Notes: generated by a model from the sequence alone, not told the origin. A DNA stretch of 64,000 nucleotides from an uncultured Gemmatimonadales bacterium (GCA_963793305.1 CAWBZV010000003.1:448001-512000), one strand, 5' to 3'; positions 30,578 to 41,780 are shown, counted from the first letter of the stretch. A program made the numbers and translations.

Positions 30578-32139
30578 TGCGCCGCCAGTGTCTCGTTCTC
30601 GCGCTCGCGTGGGCGCCGTGTGCGTTCGCGCAGCAGGACACGACGAAGCACGCCGTCCGCCAGTGGACGACCTATGAGGACCTGCAGCTCTTCAGTCAGG
30701 TGCTCGCTGAGCTCAAGCTGAACCATCCGGATTCGCTCGACACGCACACGCTCGTCATGTCGGCGATCGAGGGCATGGTGCACGCGGCCGACCCGCACTC
30801 GTTCGTGATTCCGGCGGTGCGGTTGAACTTCGCCAAGGAAGCCGATTACCGCGCGGGCAAGCTCGTGCCGGTTCCGGTCGAGTTTGTGGAGGTGCGGGGC
30901 GCGTATGTCGTCGCCGGCGCGGCGTCGGGATCGGAAGCGGAGCGCCTCGACATTTTGCCGGGCGATCGGCTGGTGGCGATCGATAGCGGGCCTGTTCGGG
31001 CCGAGAGCGTGGTGGAGCTCGAGGTGATGCTGTCGGGCGCCCCGAAGACGACCACGCTGCTGACGCTGGAGCGGCGGCGGCTCGATGGCTCGACCGTGCG
31101 CCTCGATCGGCGCCTCACGCGGCATGCTCCGGACGAGGAGTCGGCGGTCCCGGCGGTGTTCATGCTCGATCCGAAGACCGGGTACATCCGGATCACGACT
31201 TTCTTGAGCGATCGCGCCGCCGACGATCTCCACACCGCGCTCGGCACGTTGGACCACCAGGGGATGCAACGCTTGGTGCTCGATCTCCGTGATAACGGCG
31301 GCGGCAGCATCAAGCAAGCCGCGCACGTCGCCGGCGAGTTCTTGCCCAAGGGCATGCTCATCTACACGTCCGAGGGCCGCAAAAAGGATATCACCGACAC
31401 GGGCCGAGTGTCGCGCTCGTTCTTCGCGACGCGCGCAAAATATCCGCTCGTGGTGATGATCGACGGCGGGACCGCGAGCGCCTCGGAGCTCGTCGCGGGC
31501 GCGCTGCAGGATCACGACCGGGCGGTGATCATCGGGCGTCCGAGTTTCGGGAAGGCATTGCTCATGGTCCCGCTGGCGATGAGCGACGGCTCGTCGCTCA
31601 TGATGGTCGTCGGCCACGTCCGCACGCCGTGTGGCCGGATCGTGCAGCGCAGCTATCGTGGTCTCGCCCTTCGCGACTACTACGAAGGCGCGTGGTCGTC
31701 GCGTGACACGACGGGGCGTCCCTCGTGCAAGACCGACGCGGGCCGGACGGTCTATGGCGGCGGGGGGATCGTGCCCGATGTGCTGCTCCCGACGCACCTC
31801 GGCGCGCCGCCCTGGTTCGAGCGCATCGAGGAGGATCGGTTGGTGTTGCAGTGGATCGGCGGGTATCTCGACGCGCACGGCGCGCAGTACACGACGCTCG
31901 ACGCATTCGCGGCCGCACCGACGATCCCACCGGAGGCGATCGCCGACTTCCGCACGTTCGTGGCGTCGCACGGGGATTCGGCGGCGACGGGTGATGCGGC
32001 CGATCGTTTGCTCGGCCGGCGGTTGGCGCTCGCCGTGGCGTACGGCAAGTGGGGCGAGCCCGGGTACTATCATGTGGCGGCCGTCTTGGATCCTGATGTG
32101 ACGACGGCGTCGCATGCGTTCGATAGCGGCGCTCACTGA
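30577..32139 (+). CDS. S41 family carboxyl-terminal processing protease (CtpA-like, PDZ)
   Basis: DPHS, PDZ (PGDRLVAID), LDLRDNGGG, TASASE, FGK, GGGIVPD. Confidence 0.9.
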   Translation: MRRQCLVLALAWAPCAFAQQDTTKHAVRQWTTYEDLQLFSQVLAELKLNHPDSLDTHTLVMSAIEGMVHAADPHSFVIPAVRLNFAKEADYRAGKLVPVPVEFVEVRGAYVVAGAASGSEAERLDILPGDRLVAIDSGPVRAESVVELEVMLSGAPKTTTLLTLERRRLDGSTVRLDRRLTRHAPDEESAVPAVFMLDPKTGYIRITTFLSDRAADDLHTALGTLDHQGMQRLVLDLRDNGGGSIKQAAHVAGEFLPKGMLIYTSEGRKKDITDTGRVSRSFFATRAKYPLVVMIDGGTASASELVAGALQDHDRAVIIGRPSFGKALLMVPLAMSDGSSLMMVVGHVRTPCGRIVQRSYRGLALRDYYEGAWSSRDTTGRPSCKTDAGRTVYGGGGIVPDVLLPTHLGAPPWFERIEEDRLVLQWIGGYLDAHGAQYTTLDAFAAAPTIPPEAIADFRTFVASHGDSAATGDAADRLLGRRLALAVAYGKWGEPGYYHVAAVLDPDVTTASHAFDSGAH

Positions 32140-32840
32140 TGGATGAACCGATCGATGAGTGGCTGCGTCGGGACCTGATCGAGGAGTTTGGCCCGGAGAA
32201 GGAGCCCGTGCCATGGGCGGCCGACAAGGTGTCGCGGACCATGCAGCGCTTGTCCGCGGTCCGGGCAGCCGGTGGCCCACGGCTCGAGGCCGAGGTCTTG
32301 TGGGTGCGTGAGGTGACGGCGTTCACGCTGCCGGGGCACTATGTCTACATCTCGCGCCGGCTCCTCGAGCGCTGCGCGAGCGACGAGCCGGTCGCGTTCG
32401 CGTTGGCGCACGAGATCGCGCATCACGATCTCGGGCATTTGCACGGGCTCGACTCGTTGGCCGCCGCGATGCCGCGCGAGCTTCCATCATTCGCGCACGG
32501 GCGTGCGGCGCTGATGGTGGCCGTCATGTTCATCGAACGGCGCGTGCACGGCCCGGAAAAAGAGATGGCTGCCGACGCCCGGGCGCTGGAGATGTGCGTG
32601 GCGGCGGAGTACAACGGCGAGCACTGCCTGCAGTTGTTCGACGTGCTCGAATCGGATGCGCTCGACAAGGGCGATGTCGATGCCGTCTACGGCCTCGAGG
32701 ACGCGCTCGATCCCGCGAGCCATGGCGGCGGCGCCATGGGTTGGCTGACCGAGGCGCGCGAGTGGGCGCATGAGCGGCTTCGCGGGTATATCCCGATTCG
32801 CGAGCGGAAAGCGCGATTGCGCGAGCAGCTCAGGCGATGA
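32139..32840 (+). CDS. M48 family metallopeptidase
   Basis: AFTLPG, LAHEIAHH (HExxH), EMAAD. Confidence 0.82.
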   Translation: MDEPIDEWLRRDLIEEFGPEKEPVPWAADKVSRTMQRLSAVRAAGGPRLEAEVLWVREVTAFTLPGHYVYISRRLLERCASDEPVAFALAHEIAHHDLGHLHGLDSLAAAMPRELPSFAHGRAALMVAVMFIERRVHGPEKEMAADARALEMCVAAEYNGEHCLQLFDVLESDALDKGDVDAVYGLEDALDPASHGGGAMGWLTEAREWAHERLRGYIPIRERKARLREQLRR

Positions 32841-33142
32841 GATTCTGGCGATCGCCGGTCGGGTGGGGGTTCGCGGCCTTGTACCTGGTGGCCTTCGTCC
32901 TCGTGTACCTGGACTACCTGCGCCGCCGCGGGACGTGGCTCGCGGATCTCGGGCTCGACCTCCTGGCGATCCCGTATGTTCTCGTGGGGCGGGTTCTGAC
33001 GATGAGCGCGACGTTCGAGTTGCACGGGTTCCAACCGTGGGGTCTGGTGCCGGCCGCGCTGTTCTGCGCCTGGTTGGCGTATATGCTCGGGGCCGGACTT
33101 CAGTACGCGTTTGTCAGGGTGCGCCGAGCAACGTCGAAGTAA
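32837..33142 (+). CDS. Small membrane protein
   Basis: 2-3 hydrophobic segments; ATGA-coupled. Confidence 0.65.
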   Translation: MRFWRSPVGWGFAALYLVAFVLVYLDYLRRRGTWLADLGLDLLAIPYVLVGRVLTMSATFELHGFQPWGLVPAALFCAWLAYMLGAGLQYAFVRVRRATSK

Positions 33143-33277
33143 CGTTTGCTACACGCACAGCCTTGTGCAATCGACAATGCCATAGGCGAGTGTGAGACCC
33201 AGCCGGCGACAGGGCTAGGAAAGTGTCATGGTCCCGTCGAACGTACGTGTCCAGCCATGTCGCCCGGGTCGCCTTAA

Positions 33278-34186
33278 GTGTTGATCGCTGCTTTGATCGG
33301 TAATGTCGCCGATCGTACGAATTTCGCCGGCTCGCTCCGGCGCGAGATCACCGCGCGATTCTGCGCGGATAGCGAGGAGTTGCACTCGCTCGTCGCGACT
33401 GGCGTGGTCGACGCCATCGTGGCTGATCTCGACACGGTCCGCCATGCGAGCCTGTGGCCGAGTGTGCGGGCGATCGTCGACTGGCATCCGACGATTCCGC
33501 TGGTGCTGTGGCTCTCGCTCACCGGCAACGACATGCGCTCGCTCGTGGCGATCGCGAGCGAGATCGCGCTCGACGCGGTGATCATTCGCGAGCTCGATGA
33601 CTGCACGGCCATCATCGCCGGTGCGATCCGGTCGGCGTGTGAGGGGAGTGCGACACAGACCGTGGTGCGGGCGATCGAGCGCCTCGCGCCGCGGTCGGTC
33701 CGTTCGCTCCTCGTCATCGGTGCGCGGCACGCCGAGCGGCCGTTGACGGCGCATGCGTGGGCGGCGAGGGCGGGAGTGTCGCAGCGGACGCTGTTGGCGC
33801 GCGTGCGTGACGCCGGGCTACCTCCGGTGCATCAGCTGATTCGGTGGTTTCGGCTGCTCCATGTCGCGGCGCGGCTCGATATGCCGAAGGCAACGGTGGA
33901 GCGAGTCGTCGAGACAATGCGTTTCACATCGAGTGCGACACTCAGGCATCTGCTCAAGCGGGTGACGGGTCTCTCGCCGGGTCAGCTGCGCGACGCCGGG
34001 GGCTTCGAGTACCTGCTCGGTGTGGTCGAGCTGATGCTGTCGCCGGAGGGCGGCGATACCGCAGCAGATCAGGATTCGCCGCTGGCCGACCTTGGCCGTC
34101 TCGATCAACACCTGCAATCTGCATGGTATGAGTCTCGCGGACCTGACTCGCGCTCATCACGTATGCCGCGAAGAGCGGACCGCTGA
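33278..34186 (+). CDS. AraC-like HTH regulator with receiver-like N-terminal domain (paralog 1)
   Basis: AARAGVSQRTL, LIRWFRLL, FTSSATLRHLLKRVTGLSP. Confidence 0.8.
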   Translation: MLIAALIGNVADRTNFAGSLRREITARFCADSEELHSLVATGVVDAIVADLDTVRHASLWPSVRAIVDWHPTIPLVLWLSLTGNDMRSLVAIASEIALDAVIIRELDDCTAIIAGAIRSACEGSATQTVVRAIERLAPRSVRSLLVIGARHAERPLTAHAWAARAGVSQRTLLARVRDAGLPPVHQLIRWFRLLHVAARLDMPKATVERVVETMRFTSSATLRHLLKRVTGLSPGQLRDAGGFEYLLGVVELMLSPEGGDTAADQDSPLADLGRLDQHLQSAWYESRGPDSRSSRMPRRADR

Positions 34187-35271
34187 TCTCATCCGGCACA
34201 CACGGCGTCAGCTGGACCACTCGATCGCCGCGGAAGTTGACGCGCATGCGCATTGGATCGAGGGGCAGTCGGCCGATCCGCTGCCGTACTATCATTTCGC
34301 CGAGATGTGCAGGTGGTATGGGCACTTGGACCTTTGGCGAGAGGCGGTCGACATCGCGCACGGCCTGTCGCACTACACGCCCGAGCAGCTGATCGAACGC
34401 GCGCACGCCAAGCTGCTGCTCGGCGACTGGTCCGGGTGGCGCGATCGTGAGTCACGCTTCTTTCTTGGCGGCACCGGATTGCCGTATCAGCTGCGCTCGA
34501 TACGCGAGCGCTGGGATGGTCGTGAAGATATCGTCGGCAAGTCGCTGCTCATCGTGTCTGATGGCGGGTTTGGCGACTGCATCCGAGATGCTCCGCTTCC
34601 TGCCGTGGATCACGCGCACGGCTCGTCGGGTCACGCTCGCGGTGCAGCCGGAGCTCGTCGAGCTCGCGACCTACAACTTTCCTGATACGAGTATCTGCAC
34701 GATCCAGGACGCGATCGCCACGTCGTACGACCGGTACGTGTCGGTCCTCTCATTACCAGCGATGGTCGGCGCATTGCCGCCATTCGAGGCTTTGCGAGCG
34801 CCGGTGCCCGCTCGCCACGCCGGCATCGGACTCTGTTGGGCAGGGAGCCCGCTCACGCAGATGGAGCTTCGCCAACCGCTGTCGCTCGATGCGTTCTCTC
34901 CGCTGTTGGCACGCGGCGATGTGAGTTGGTACAGCTTGCAGATTGGCCCGCGCGCGGACGAGGTCGTGAGCTATCCGACGGTCACGGTTCCACCGGAGCC
35001 GCTGTCCACGTTCGCCGAGACGGCGAACCTGATCGCGGGGCTGGACGCCGTGGTGACGGTCGACACGTCGGTGGCACACCTGGCAGGGTGTCTGGGCGTG
35101 CCGACCTTCTTGTTGCTGCATGTCGTCGCCGACCCACGATGGGGGCTTGCTGACGCGACGCCATGGTACCCCTCGATGCGCTTGATTCGGCAGCGGAGGC
35201 CGGGGGACTGGACTGGTGTGATCGACGAGCTCGCGGAGCGCATCGCGGTCACCATCCCGCGTGTGGCGTAG
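34128..35271 (+). CDS. GT9/heptosyltransferase-like protein with short helical N-domain, paralog 1 (frameshift near 34583)
   Basis: AKLLLGDWSGW, WDG, DGGFGDC..MLRF, LDAVVTVDTSVAHLAG, RWG, TPWYPSMRLIRQ..GDW. Confidence 0.82.
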
Positions 35272-35314
35272 TAGAGTCATCGCGCTGTGAGGGTGAATCT
35301 TTCGCGCCCGAGGT

Positions 35315-35608
35315 ATGGGTATGCCACACGACCGATTCGCCGTCACACGGCTCACGCCGGCACAAGGGGTCCGACTCGAGCATCAGGGCAGCCAGCACCT
35401 GCTCGTGAACACCAGGAATGGTGCGCGCTGTGTGCTCAATGCGTTGGGCAAGCGGATCTGGATGCTGCTGGCCGGTCGGCCGACGTTTCCAGCGCTCGTC
35501 GGCGGATTGGGTGGCGCGTACGATCAGCGCCGGGGTGACTTAGTGCGCGACGCCGGGCGTCTGCTGCTCGCGTGGCAAGAGGCCGGCTTGATCACTTGGA
35601 CAAGCTAA
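35315..35608 (+). CDS. PqqD/RiPP recognition element (RRE) protein 1
   Basis: LLVNTRNG..CVLNALGKRIWMLL...LVRD...WQEAGLI. Confidence 0.75.
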   Translation: MGMPHDRFAVTRLTPAQGVRLEHQGSQHLLVNTRNGARCVLNALGKRIWMLLAGRPTFPALVGGLGGAYDQRRGDLVRDAGRLLLAWQEAGLITWTS

Positions 35609-35646
35609 CGGTGCCATCGACACGGCTGCGATGATGCCCGGCTAGC

Positions 35647-36447
35647 ATGGTGACGGTCGGGGCGCTCGTCCGTGACTACGCAACGCAAGACTCGGTGGCG
35701 CTGCAGCTGGCTCGCGTCGCCAATGTGCAGTTCGTCGACAGCGCCGCGGCTCTCGTTCAGCTGGCGGTCGAGTGTCGCGTCGGCGCGTTAATCACTGAGC
35801 TGACCGACGAGGCGGGTCGTTCGGTGGCGCCGATGGTGGTTGAGCTCTTGGCGCGCGCGCCGTCCTTGCCGATCGTGCTCTACGATATCTTGAATCGCCC
35901 GGCGATCCATCGCCTGACGGAAATTCTCGTGCCGGGGCTTCGGATCGAGTTCGTGTTGCGCGACGCCGAGCCGTTAGGGACGACGATGCGTCGCGCATTG
36001 GCGGCGACGTTGCCGGCCTCGGTCGCCCCGGTCTTGCTCGAGCGCTTCTTGCCATTAGCGCCAACCTCGTTGCACGTCTTTCTCGCGGTCGCCGCGCTCA
36101 AGGCCCCGTCGGGCCGGAGCCTCGAGCACCTTGCGCATTGGAGTGGGATCACGCGTCGCACGCTGGCGCGCCGGCTCGCGGCGGCTGGTTGGCGGCCGCC
36201 GAGCGTGGTGTTGCAGACGTTTCGGGCGCTCGACGCGGTGTGGCTGATGACGGTCGATGGGCGCACGGCGCGGCGCGTGCAGGAGTTGCGCGGTCTCGGG
36301 AGTCCGAGCTCGGTGGGGCGGTTGTTGCGGCGATATCTGGGGATCGCGCCGCTCGAGCTTCGTGATGTGGGGGGATTCCCTGCGGCGCTCGACATCGCGG
36401 CGCATGCCATTACTGGTAACCATGCAAGCGCGCTTCGTCACGGCTAG
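35647..36447 (+). CDS. AraC-like HTH regulator (paralog 2)
   Basis: LAHWSGITRRTLARRL, GLGSPSSVGRLLRRYLGIAP. Confidence 0.78.
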   Translation: MVTVGALVRDYATQDSVALQLARVANVQFVDSAAALVQLAVECRVGALITELTDEAGRSVAPMVVELLARAPSLPIVLYDILNRPAIHRLTEILVPGLRIEFVLRDAEPLGTTMRRALAATLPASVAPVLLERFLPLAPTSLHVFLAVAALKAPSGRSLEHLAHWSGITRRTLARRLAAAGWRPPSVVLQTFRALDAVWLMTVDGRTARRVQELRGLGSPSSVGRLLRRYLGIAPLELRDVGGFPAALDIAAHAITGNHASALRHG

Positions 36448-36489
36448 CTCTGTCGGCCGTCACGCGTCGATCTCGCGTGACTCCGAGGT

Positions 36490-36560
36490 GCAACTCTGTC
36501 CCAATCGCGCAACTCTGTCCACCACGGCCGATTCCTGTCCGAAGAGGACGTTGGTAGACT
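36490..36560 (+). promoter_or_regulatory. Direct-repeat operator plus extended -10 upstream of AraC paralog 3
   Basis: GCAACTCTGTCC at 36490 and 36509, partial ..CTGTCC ending 36540; TGgTAGACT at 36552-36560. Confidence 0.55.
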
Positions 36561-36566
36561 GACGCC

Positions 36567-37652
36567 GTGTCGTCGACCGCGAACGCTCGGGCCGTCCGTC
36601 GTCCGTTGGTGCAGGATGCGTGGGACAGGGCAGCGTCGGACGCGCCGATCTGTGTCGCGGCGCTGATTCGGGGGAGCGCCGAGCGCATGCGCTTCGCGAG
36701 CACGCTGTCGCGCACGATCACCGTGCAGTTCGCCGATACGGCAGCCGAGATCATTGATCAGATCACGAACGGTCGAGTAGACGCGGTCATTGTGGGTCTC
36801 CACAACGAGCGTGGTGAGAGCTTAGCGCCGGCCGCGCAATCGATTCGGCGTCGCTTTCCGTTCGTGACCCTCGTGTTCTATCTGTCGCTCGTGGGGGCCG
36901 ATGTCCACGAGGCGTTGGCGTTGGCCTCCAGCATAGCGCCGAGTGCCGTGATCATCCGGGATATCGACGACCTCACCGCGACCATTACACGGGCCGTTCA
37001 CGGCGCGCGCGAGGCCGGCGCGTCGAGCCATATCGTCGCGATGGTCAACCGCGTCGCGGCACCGGGCCTCACGGACACGCTTTCGTTCATCGCTCGCCAC
37101 GCCACTCAGCCGCTGCATGTGGCAGATGTCGCGCAGTACGCTGGTGTCTCCCATCGGACGCTGTTCAACCAGTTCAGCCGCGCGCGGCTGCCGACGGTGG
37201 CGCGCTGCATCCATTGGCTGCGGATTCTGCACGCGACGGCGCGGCTCGAGTCGCCGCACGCCACGGTCGAACAGGTGGCCGACCGGCTGGGGTTCGCGTC
37301 GAGCTCGACACTCCGGCATTTGATCAAGCGGCTCACGTCGATGACGGCGAGCGAGATCCGGCACGAAGGGGGATTCTGGTACTTGCTGCGGCGTACCGAG
37401 TCAGTGCTCAGCGCCGGGTCATCCCCGCGCAGCGATGAGGGTGCGCGCCCGTTCGGCAACGACGGCGCCCATGATGACGACGCCGCTCACGACGCGCTGC
37501 ATGGCGGGGTCGACGTTGGCGAGGTTGAGGGCATTGTTGAGGGCGCCGATGCACACGGCGCCGACGAGTGTGCCGAGTACGCCGCCGCGGCCGCCAGTCA
37601 GCGCTGTGCCGCCGATGACGACGGCCGCGATGACGTCCAGCTCGTACTGTAG
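36567..37652 (+). CDS. AraC-like HTH regulator (paralog 3); 3' end overlaps the convergent permease
   Basis: VADVAQYAGVSHRTL, HWLRIL, TVEQVADRLGFASSSTLRHLIKR. Confidence 0.82.
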   Translation: MSSTANARAVRRPLVQDAWDRAASDAPICVAALIRGSAERMRFASTLSRTITVQFADTAAEIIDQITNGRVDAVIVGLHNERGESLAPAAQSIRRRFPFVTLVFYLSLVGADVHEALALASSIAPSAVIIRDIDDLTATITRAVHGAREAGASSHIVAMVNRVAAPGLTDTLSFIARHATQPLHVADVAQYAGVSHRTLFNQFSRARLPTVARCIHWLRILHATARLESPHATVEQVADRLGFASSSTLRHLIKRLTSMTASEIRHEGGFWYLLRRTESVLSAGSSPRSDEGARPFGNDGAHDDDAAHDALHGGVDVGEVEGIVEGADAHGADECAEYAAAAASQRCAADDDGRDDVQLVL

Positions 37653-38308
37653 CCCGGCGTTGGGCACGCCGGCGCCGAGCCGCGACGCCATGACGGCGCC
37701 GGCGAGACCGACGAGGGCGCCGTTGGCGAGGTAGACCCAGGCAGTGACGGCGCGCGTCGGCACGCCGGCCAGCCAGGACGCCTGCTCGTTGCCTCCGACT
37801 GCGTAGACCCATCGGCCCCAGGTCGTGCGGGTGAGCACGAACCAGCCAATGGCGACGATGATGAGCATGACGATGATCGGGATCGGGCAGTCCGGCGAGT
37901 TTGGTCTGTCCGAGCCAGCCGAACTGGCGTCGGGAGGTCGCCTATCGATCGTCCGCCGCTAAAGAGGAACGCGAGGCCGCGGCAGATCGTGAGGAGCGCG
38001 AGCGTCACTAGAAACGATGGGATGCGCAGAAACGCGACCGCGGTGGCGGTTATGCCACCGGTTGCGACGCCGACCATGATGGCTGAGGCGATGGCGACGA
38101 GCGTCGCCGCGAGGCCACCCAGTGTCGGCTCGAGGGCGTGCGCCGCCAGCGCAGCCACGACGCCGGCGAGCGCGACGACGGAGCCGACGGACAGGTCGAT
38201 GCCGCCGGTGAGGATGATCGCGGTCATCCCGACGGACATGATGCCGACGATGGCGACCGAAAGTGCGACGTTGACGAGGTTGGCGAGCGAGAAGAACGTC
38301 GACAGCAC
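37419..38308 (-). CDS. Ribose-type sugar ABC permease (RbsC family; frameshifts near 37880-37925)
   Basis: GGIDLSVGS, YAVGGNEQAS, YELDVIAAVVIGGTALTGGRG. Confidence 0.88.
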
Positions 38309-38318
38309 GTCTAGCCGA

Positions 38319-39233
38319 TCATGGCGTCGTCGAATCCACCACGGTCATCGGCACGGCGATGACCGAGTCGTAGGGCTGCTTCGCGAAGTACGCCGCGATG
38401 GCGTCGATCGTCTCGGACCCAATGAGCTTGGGCTGCTGCGCGACATCGGCCTTGAGCGGCGTGTGCCCTTTGATCGCGCGCACGGCCTCGCTCGTGGCGT
38501 CGTAGCCGACGATGGTAAAGTTCGCGCCGGTTTTGCCGTGCGAGGTCGCTGAAGAGAGGGCACCGAGCGCGCTCTCGTCGTTGATGGCGAAGATGCCGTC
38601 GAGGGCAGGGTGCGCCTGCAGCAGGTCATCGGCGGCCTTGAGCGCGCGATCCCGCACACCGCCGCCATTGAGCACGCTCACCAGCTGCACGTGGGGATGC
38701 GACTTGGTGAGCGTCTCGCTGAACCCCAGTGCCCGGTCCGCGCCGGACTGGACCTCGGGCTGGCCGATGACGGCCACCGTCCCAGTGTCGTGCAGCGTCT
38801 TCGCCATGAACTCAGCCGCGAGCCGTCCGCCTTCGTAGCTGTTCGACGCGACGTGCGAGACGACGTGCGCGCCGAGTGCGCGAATATCGGACGTGAACAC
38901 GGGGATACCGGCGGCTTGCGCGCGAGCGATGGCGGGTCCAATGCCACGCGAGTCGACGGGGCAGGCAATGATCGCGTCGACGCGCTGCACGATGAAGTTG
39001 TCGATCTCGGCCTGTTGCTTGGCGAGGTCGAAGTCGCCGGAGGTAATAAGCAGCGTGTATCCATGTCGCTGCGCCGCGTCGCGCAGGCCGGCTTCGAGCT
39101 GGCGGTAGAACTCGTGCTCGGTGGTGAGCAGCGTGACGCCGATGCGTTTTCCATTGGCGCCGGCGCCGGCGGTAGACGCACCGGAGCCTGAGCAGGCGGC
39201 CAGCACGAGAAGCACGAGGGGTATACGACGCAT
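38319..39233 (-). CDS. Sugar ABC substrate-binding lipoprotein (RbsB family)
   Basis: Lipobox LAAC; AGIPVFTSD, IFAINDESALGA, IVGYD, VAQQP. Confidence 0.9.
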   Translation of the reverse strand: MRRIPLVLLVLAACSGSGASTAGAGANGKRIGVTLLTTEHEFYRQLEAGLRDAAQRHGYTLLITSGDFDLAKQQAEIDNFIVQRVDAIIACPVDSRGIGPAIARAQAAGIPVFTSDIRALGAHVVSHVASNSYEGGRLAAEFMAKTLHDTGTVAVIGQPEVQSGADRALGFSETLTKSHPHVQLVSVLNGGGVRDRALKAADDLLQAHPALDGIFAINDESALGALSSATSHGKTGANFTIVGYDATSEAVRAIKGHTPLKADVAQQPKLIGSETIDAIAAYFAKQPYDSVIAVPMTVVDSTTP

Positions 39234-41780
39234 CAAGGCAGCTCCAGCAAATTGACCTCTGACATCGTGCCCGCCGCGGATGGCGACGGTCTTGATCTCC
39301 CACGCGCCGAGCGAGACCGGATGCGACCACTTGAACCGTTCACTCGCGACGGTCGCGCGCGTTGCCTGGCCGGTCGTCTCTTGCAGGCGAACGATGAGCC
39401 GGTCGTCGTCTTCTGCGTGCTTGATGGCGGTCGTCATGACGTTGACGGGCGAGACGCTGAGGAACGACGCCTCCCACGACTCTTTCCCGGATGGCGGGAG
39501 TCGACAACGTACTCGGCCGGGGTTTGCAACTCCAAGGCACGCCGATCAAGGCTCAAGTGACTTGTAGTCGCCGACAGCACGCACTAGCCAGAATGTGCGC
39601 TCCTGGCGGCCTTGGTCCTGCCACGCGTTGTTGTCGTTCGCTGGCACAGTCGCTGGTCGGTGTCGTGCGAAGGGTGACGATCGGATGATGATCGTTCGGA
39701 AGAGCGTCCCGGCCGGCGTGGCGAGGACGTCATAGCTGTACGTCTGCGCGTTACAAATCCCCACCGTCGCCACCGAGGTACCGAGTTTCCCTTGGACAGC
39801 GACATAATCCTGCGCCGGCTCTTCGGTGCCAGCCGTGTTTCGGCTGATGGTGGCGCCCGGCACTTTGGCGAATACCTGCGGGTCAGCAAGCGCGGTGGGG
39901 ATCTCGAGCTTGAGGATCTGCTCGTGCTCGTGCCAGTCGATGACGAATTTAAGCTCGATGGCATCGAGCCCAGCACGCTCGACAATGTCCATATTAATGG
40001 TCGACGTCCGCCAAGTCGCGATTTGGCGCGTTACGCGCACCAGGGACCCGTCCTCGACGACAGTCGTCGTGACCCACGTCGGCCGCCCAATGACATTCCT
40101 GAAGCTCGCCACGTCATGCGACCAGGTATCGCTTCGGTCATCGATGACCACTAGCCCGATCGGCTCGATGAGCAATTCGAGTCCATGAGACGTGACCGGC
40201 AGTGACGTAATACCGAAGCCTCGGTCGTCGATCTTGATGCCGGTGCTGATTGAAGCGCTCGGCGCCGCTGGACCTTCGCCATGGTCGAGCGTAAAGACAC
40301 GGTACCCACATGCCGGTAACTCGACGAGCGCGGACAGTCGGGGAACGAATTGCGTCATACTATCAGCTGGCCGCCACTGGATGGGTATGCGCGTTCCGTC
40401 CTTGGCCGATAGATGTGTGATCGGTGCCGTGCCCGAGGGGTCTCGATCGGTGTGAAGTTCGAGTACCGCCGTTCGACCCCAGGGGAGTGGGTTGTACGCG
40501 AACACGCAGCCTTCTTCGACATTCGATACGTCGACGGCCCGTGCAAGGGTCTGGAGTGCTTCGATACGCGTCGTCTGTGCCACTTCGCACGCATAACCGA
40601 CTGCATCCCGCACGTCCTGGTAGTCCGAATAGAGCGACGTACCCGCCATCATGTCGTGAAATTGGCAGAACAGCACCTTCCACCACGATTCACCGAACTC
40701 GGTCGCCGGATACGGATGCTGCTCCGCCATTTGTGCGAATGCTGCGACCGTCTCCGCCTGGGTCAACCATTGCTCGGCACGCCGGTTTAGCGCTTTCCCC
40801 TCGCCGTGGGCGGAATAGCACCCTCGAGAGTGGTGCTGCAGCTCCGTGCGAACAACTGGAAGGGATGCTGCCGCCGGCGATTGTTCGACTGCGGCAAAGA
40901 ACTCGCTGAGCGTGCTGAATCGGATCTCCGGGAGCGCCGGATTGTTCTTCAGCGCCAGGATGGTGGCAAGGTGCTGTTTAGTTGGGCCACCACCATGATC
41001 GCCAACGCCGAACCAGAACATGGCGTGGTCGAGACCAGGCTGGAAGTAATCTGAGGCTCCTTCGACGATAGTGTCCGTGCGGCCGTCATGTCGCCGCAGG
41101 ATGTCCTTTGGATCACCGTCGTAGGATTCCTTGATGCGCCCGGTGAGCACGCGAGATCCATCGGGTGCTTCCCACCAGAACATCAAAGGAATACCCGGCA
41201 TCTCGTGCGCCTCCGGGCGCATGAAGCAGTAGTAGCGAAGGCCTGCTTTGCTCAGCAGTTGAGGCAGCCCCGCCCCATGGCCAAATGAGTCCGGATTGGC
41301 CCCGACGATGGCGGTCGCCCCGACGTGCTCATGGAAATAGCGCTGTCCGTACAGGGCCTGGCGGGCGAAGCTCTCCGTCGACGGAAGATTGCAATCGGGC
41401 TCGACGATCCAGCCGCCAATGACCTCGAAACGATGCTCGGCAACACGCTGCTTGATGACCGCGAAGAGTCGCGGATCGCTGCGTTCGACCCACCTGTAGT
41501 GGGCAGCGGAGGAGTGCGCGTACCGAAACTCCGGCGTCTCGCTCATGCGATCAGTGACGCTCTGCAGCGTCGCGCACGCCTCATTGGATCCATCGCGCCA
41601 TGGCCAAAGCCAGGCCGCGTCAATGTGCGCGTATCCGATCAGATGCAAGACCTTCGTGTTCCCAGGTTTTCGCGGGACCGATGGCGCGTTCAACAACGCA
41701 GTCCAACCGGGATGCGGAAGCGCGAGCCACGGTGTGAGCGCGAGGCTCGCGCTGAGGAAGTCGCGACGGGGCATGGGCAT
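39233..41780 (-). CDS. GH38 alpha-mannosidase, Tat-exported (frameshifts in 3' part)
   Basis: RRDFL; HIDAAWLW, EPDCNLPS.ES, PDSFGH, GDHGGGPT, QFHD..GTS; C-terminal IVRLQE..WEIKT. Confidence 0.88.

Noticed and set aside
30514..32280. Long antisense ORFs (e.g. 588 aa here; also 12385-13650, 15885-17123)
   Set aside because: Arg/Pro-rich shadow frames of real genes, expected in high-GC DNA
38319..39437. N-terminally extended sugar-binding protein
   Set aside because: The extension is the frameshifted C-terminus of the GH38; the lipoprotein starts at 39233
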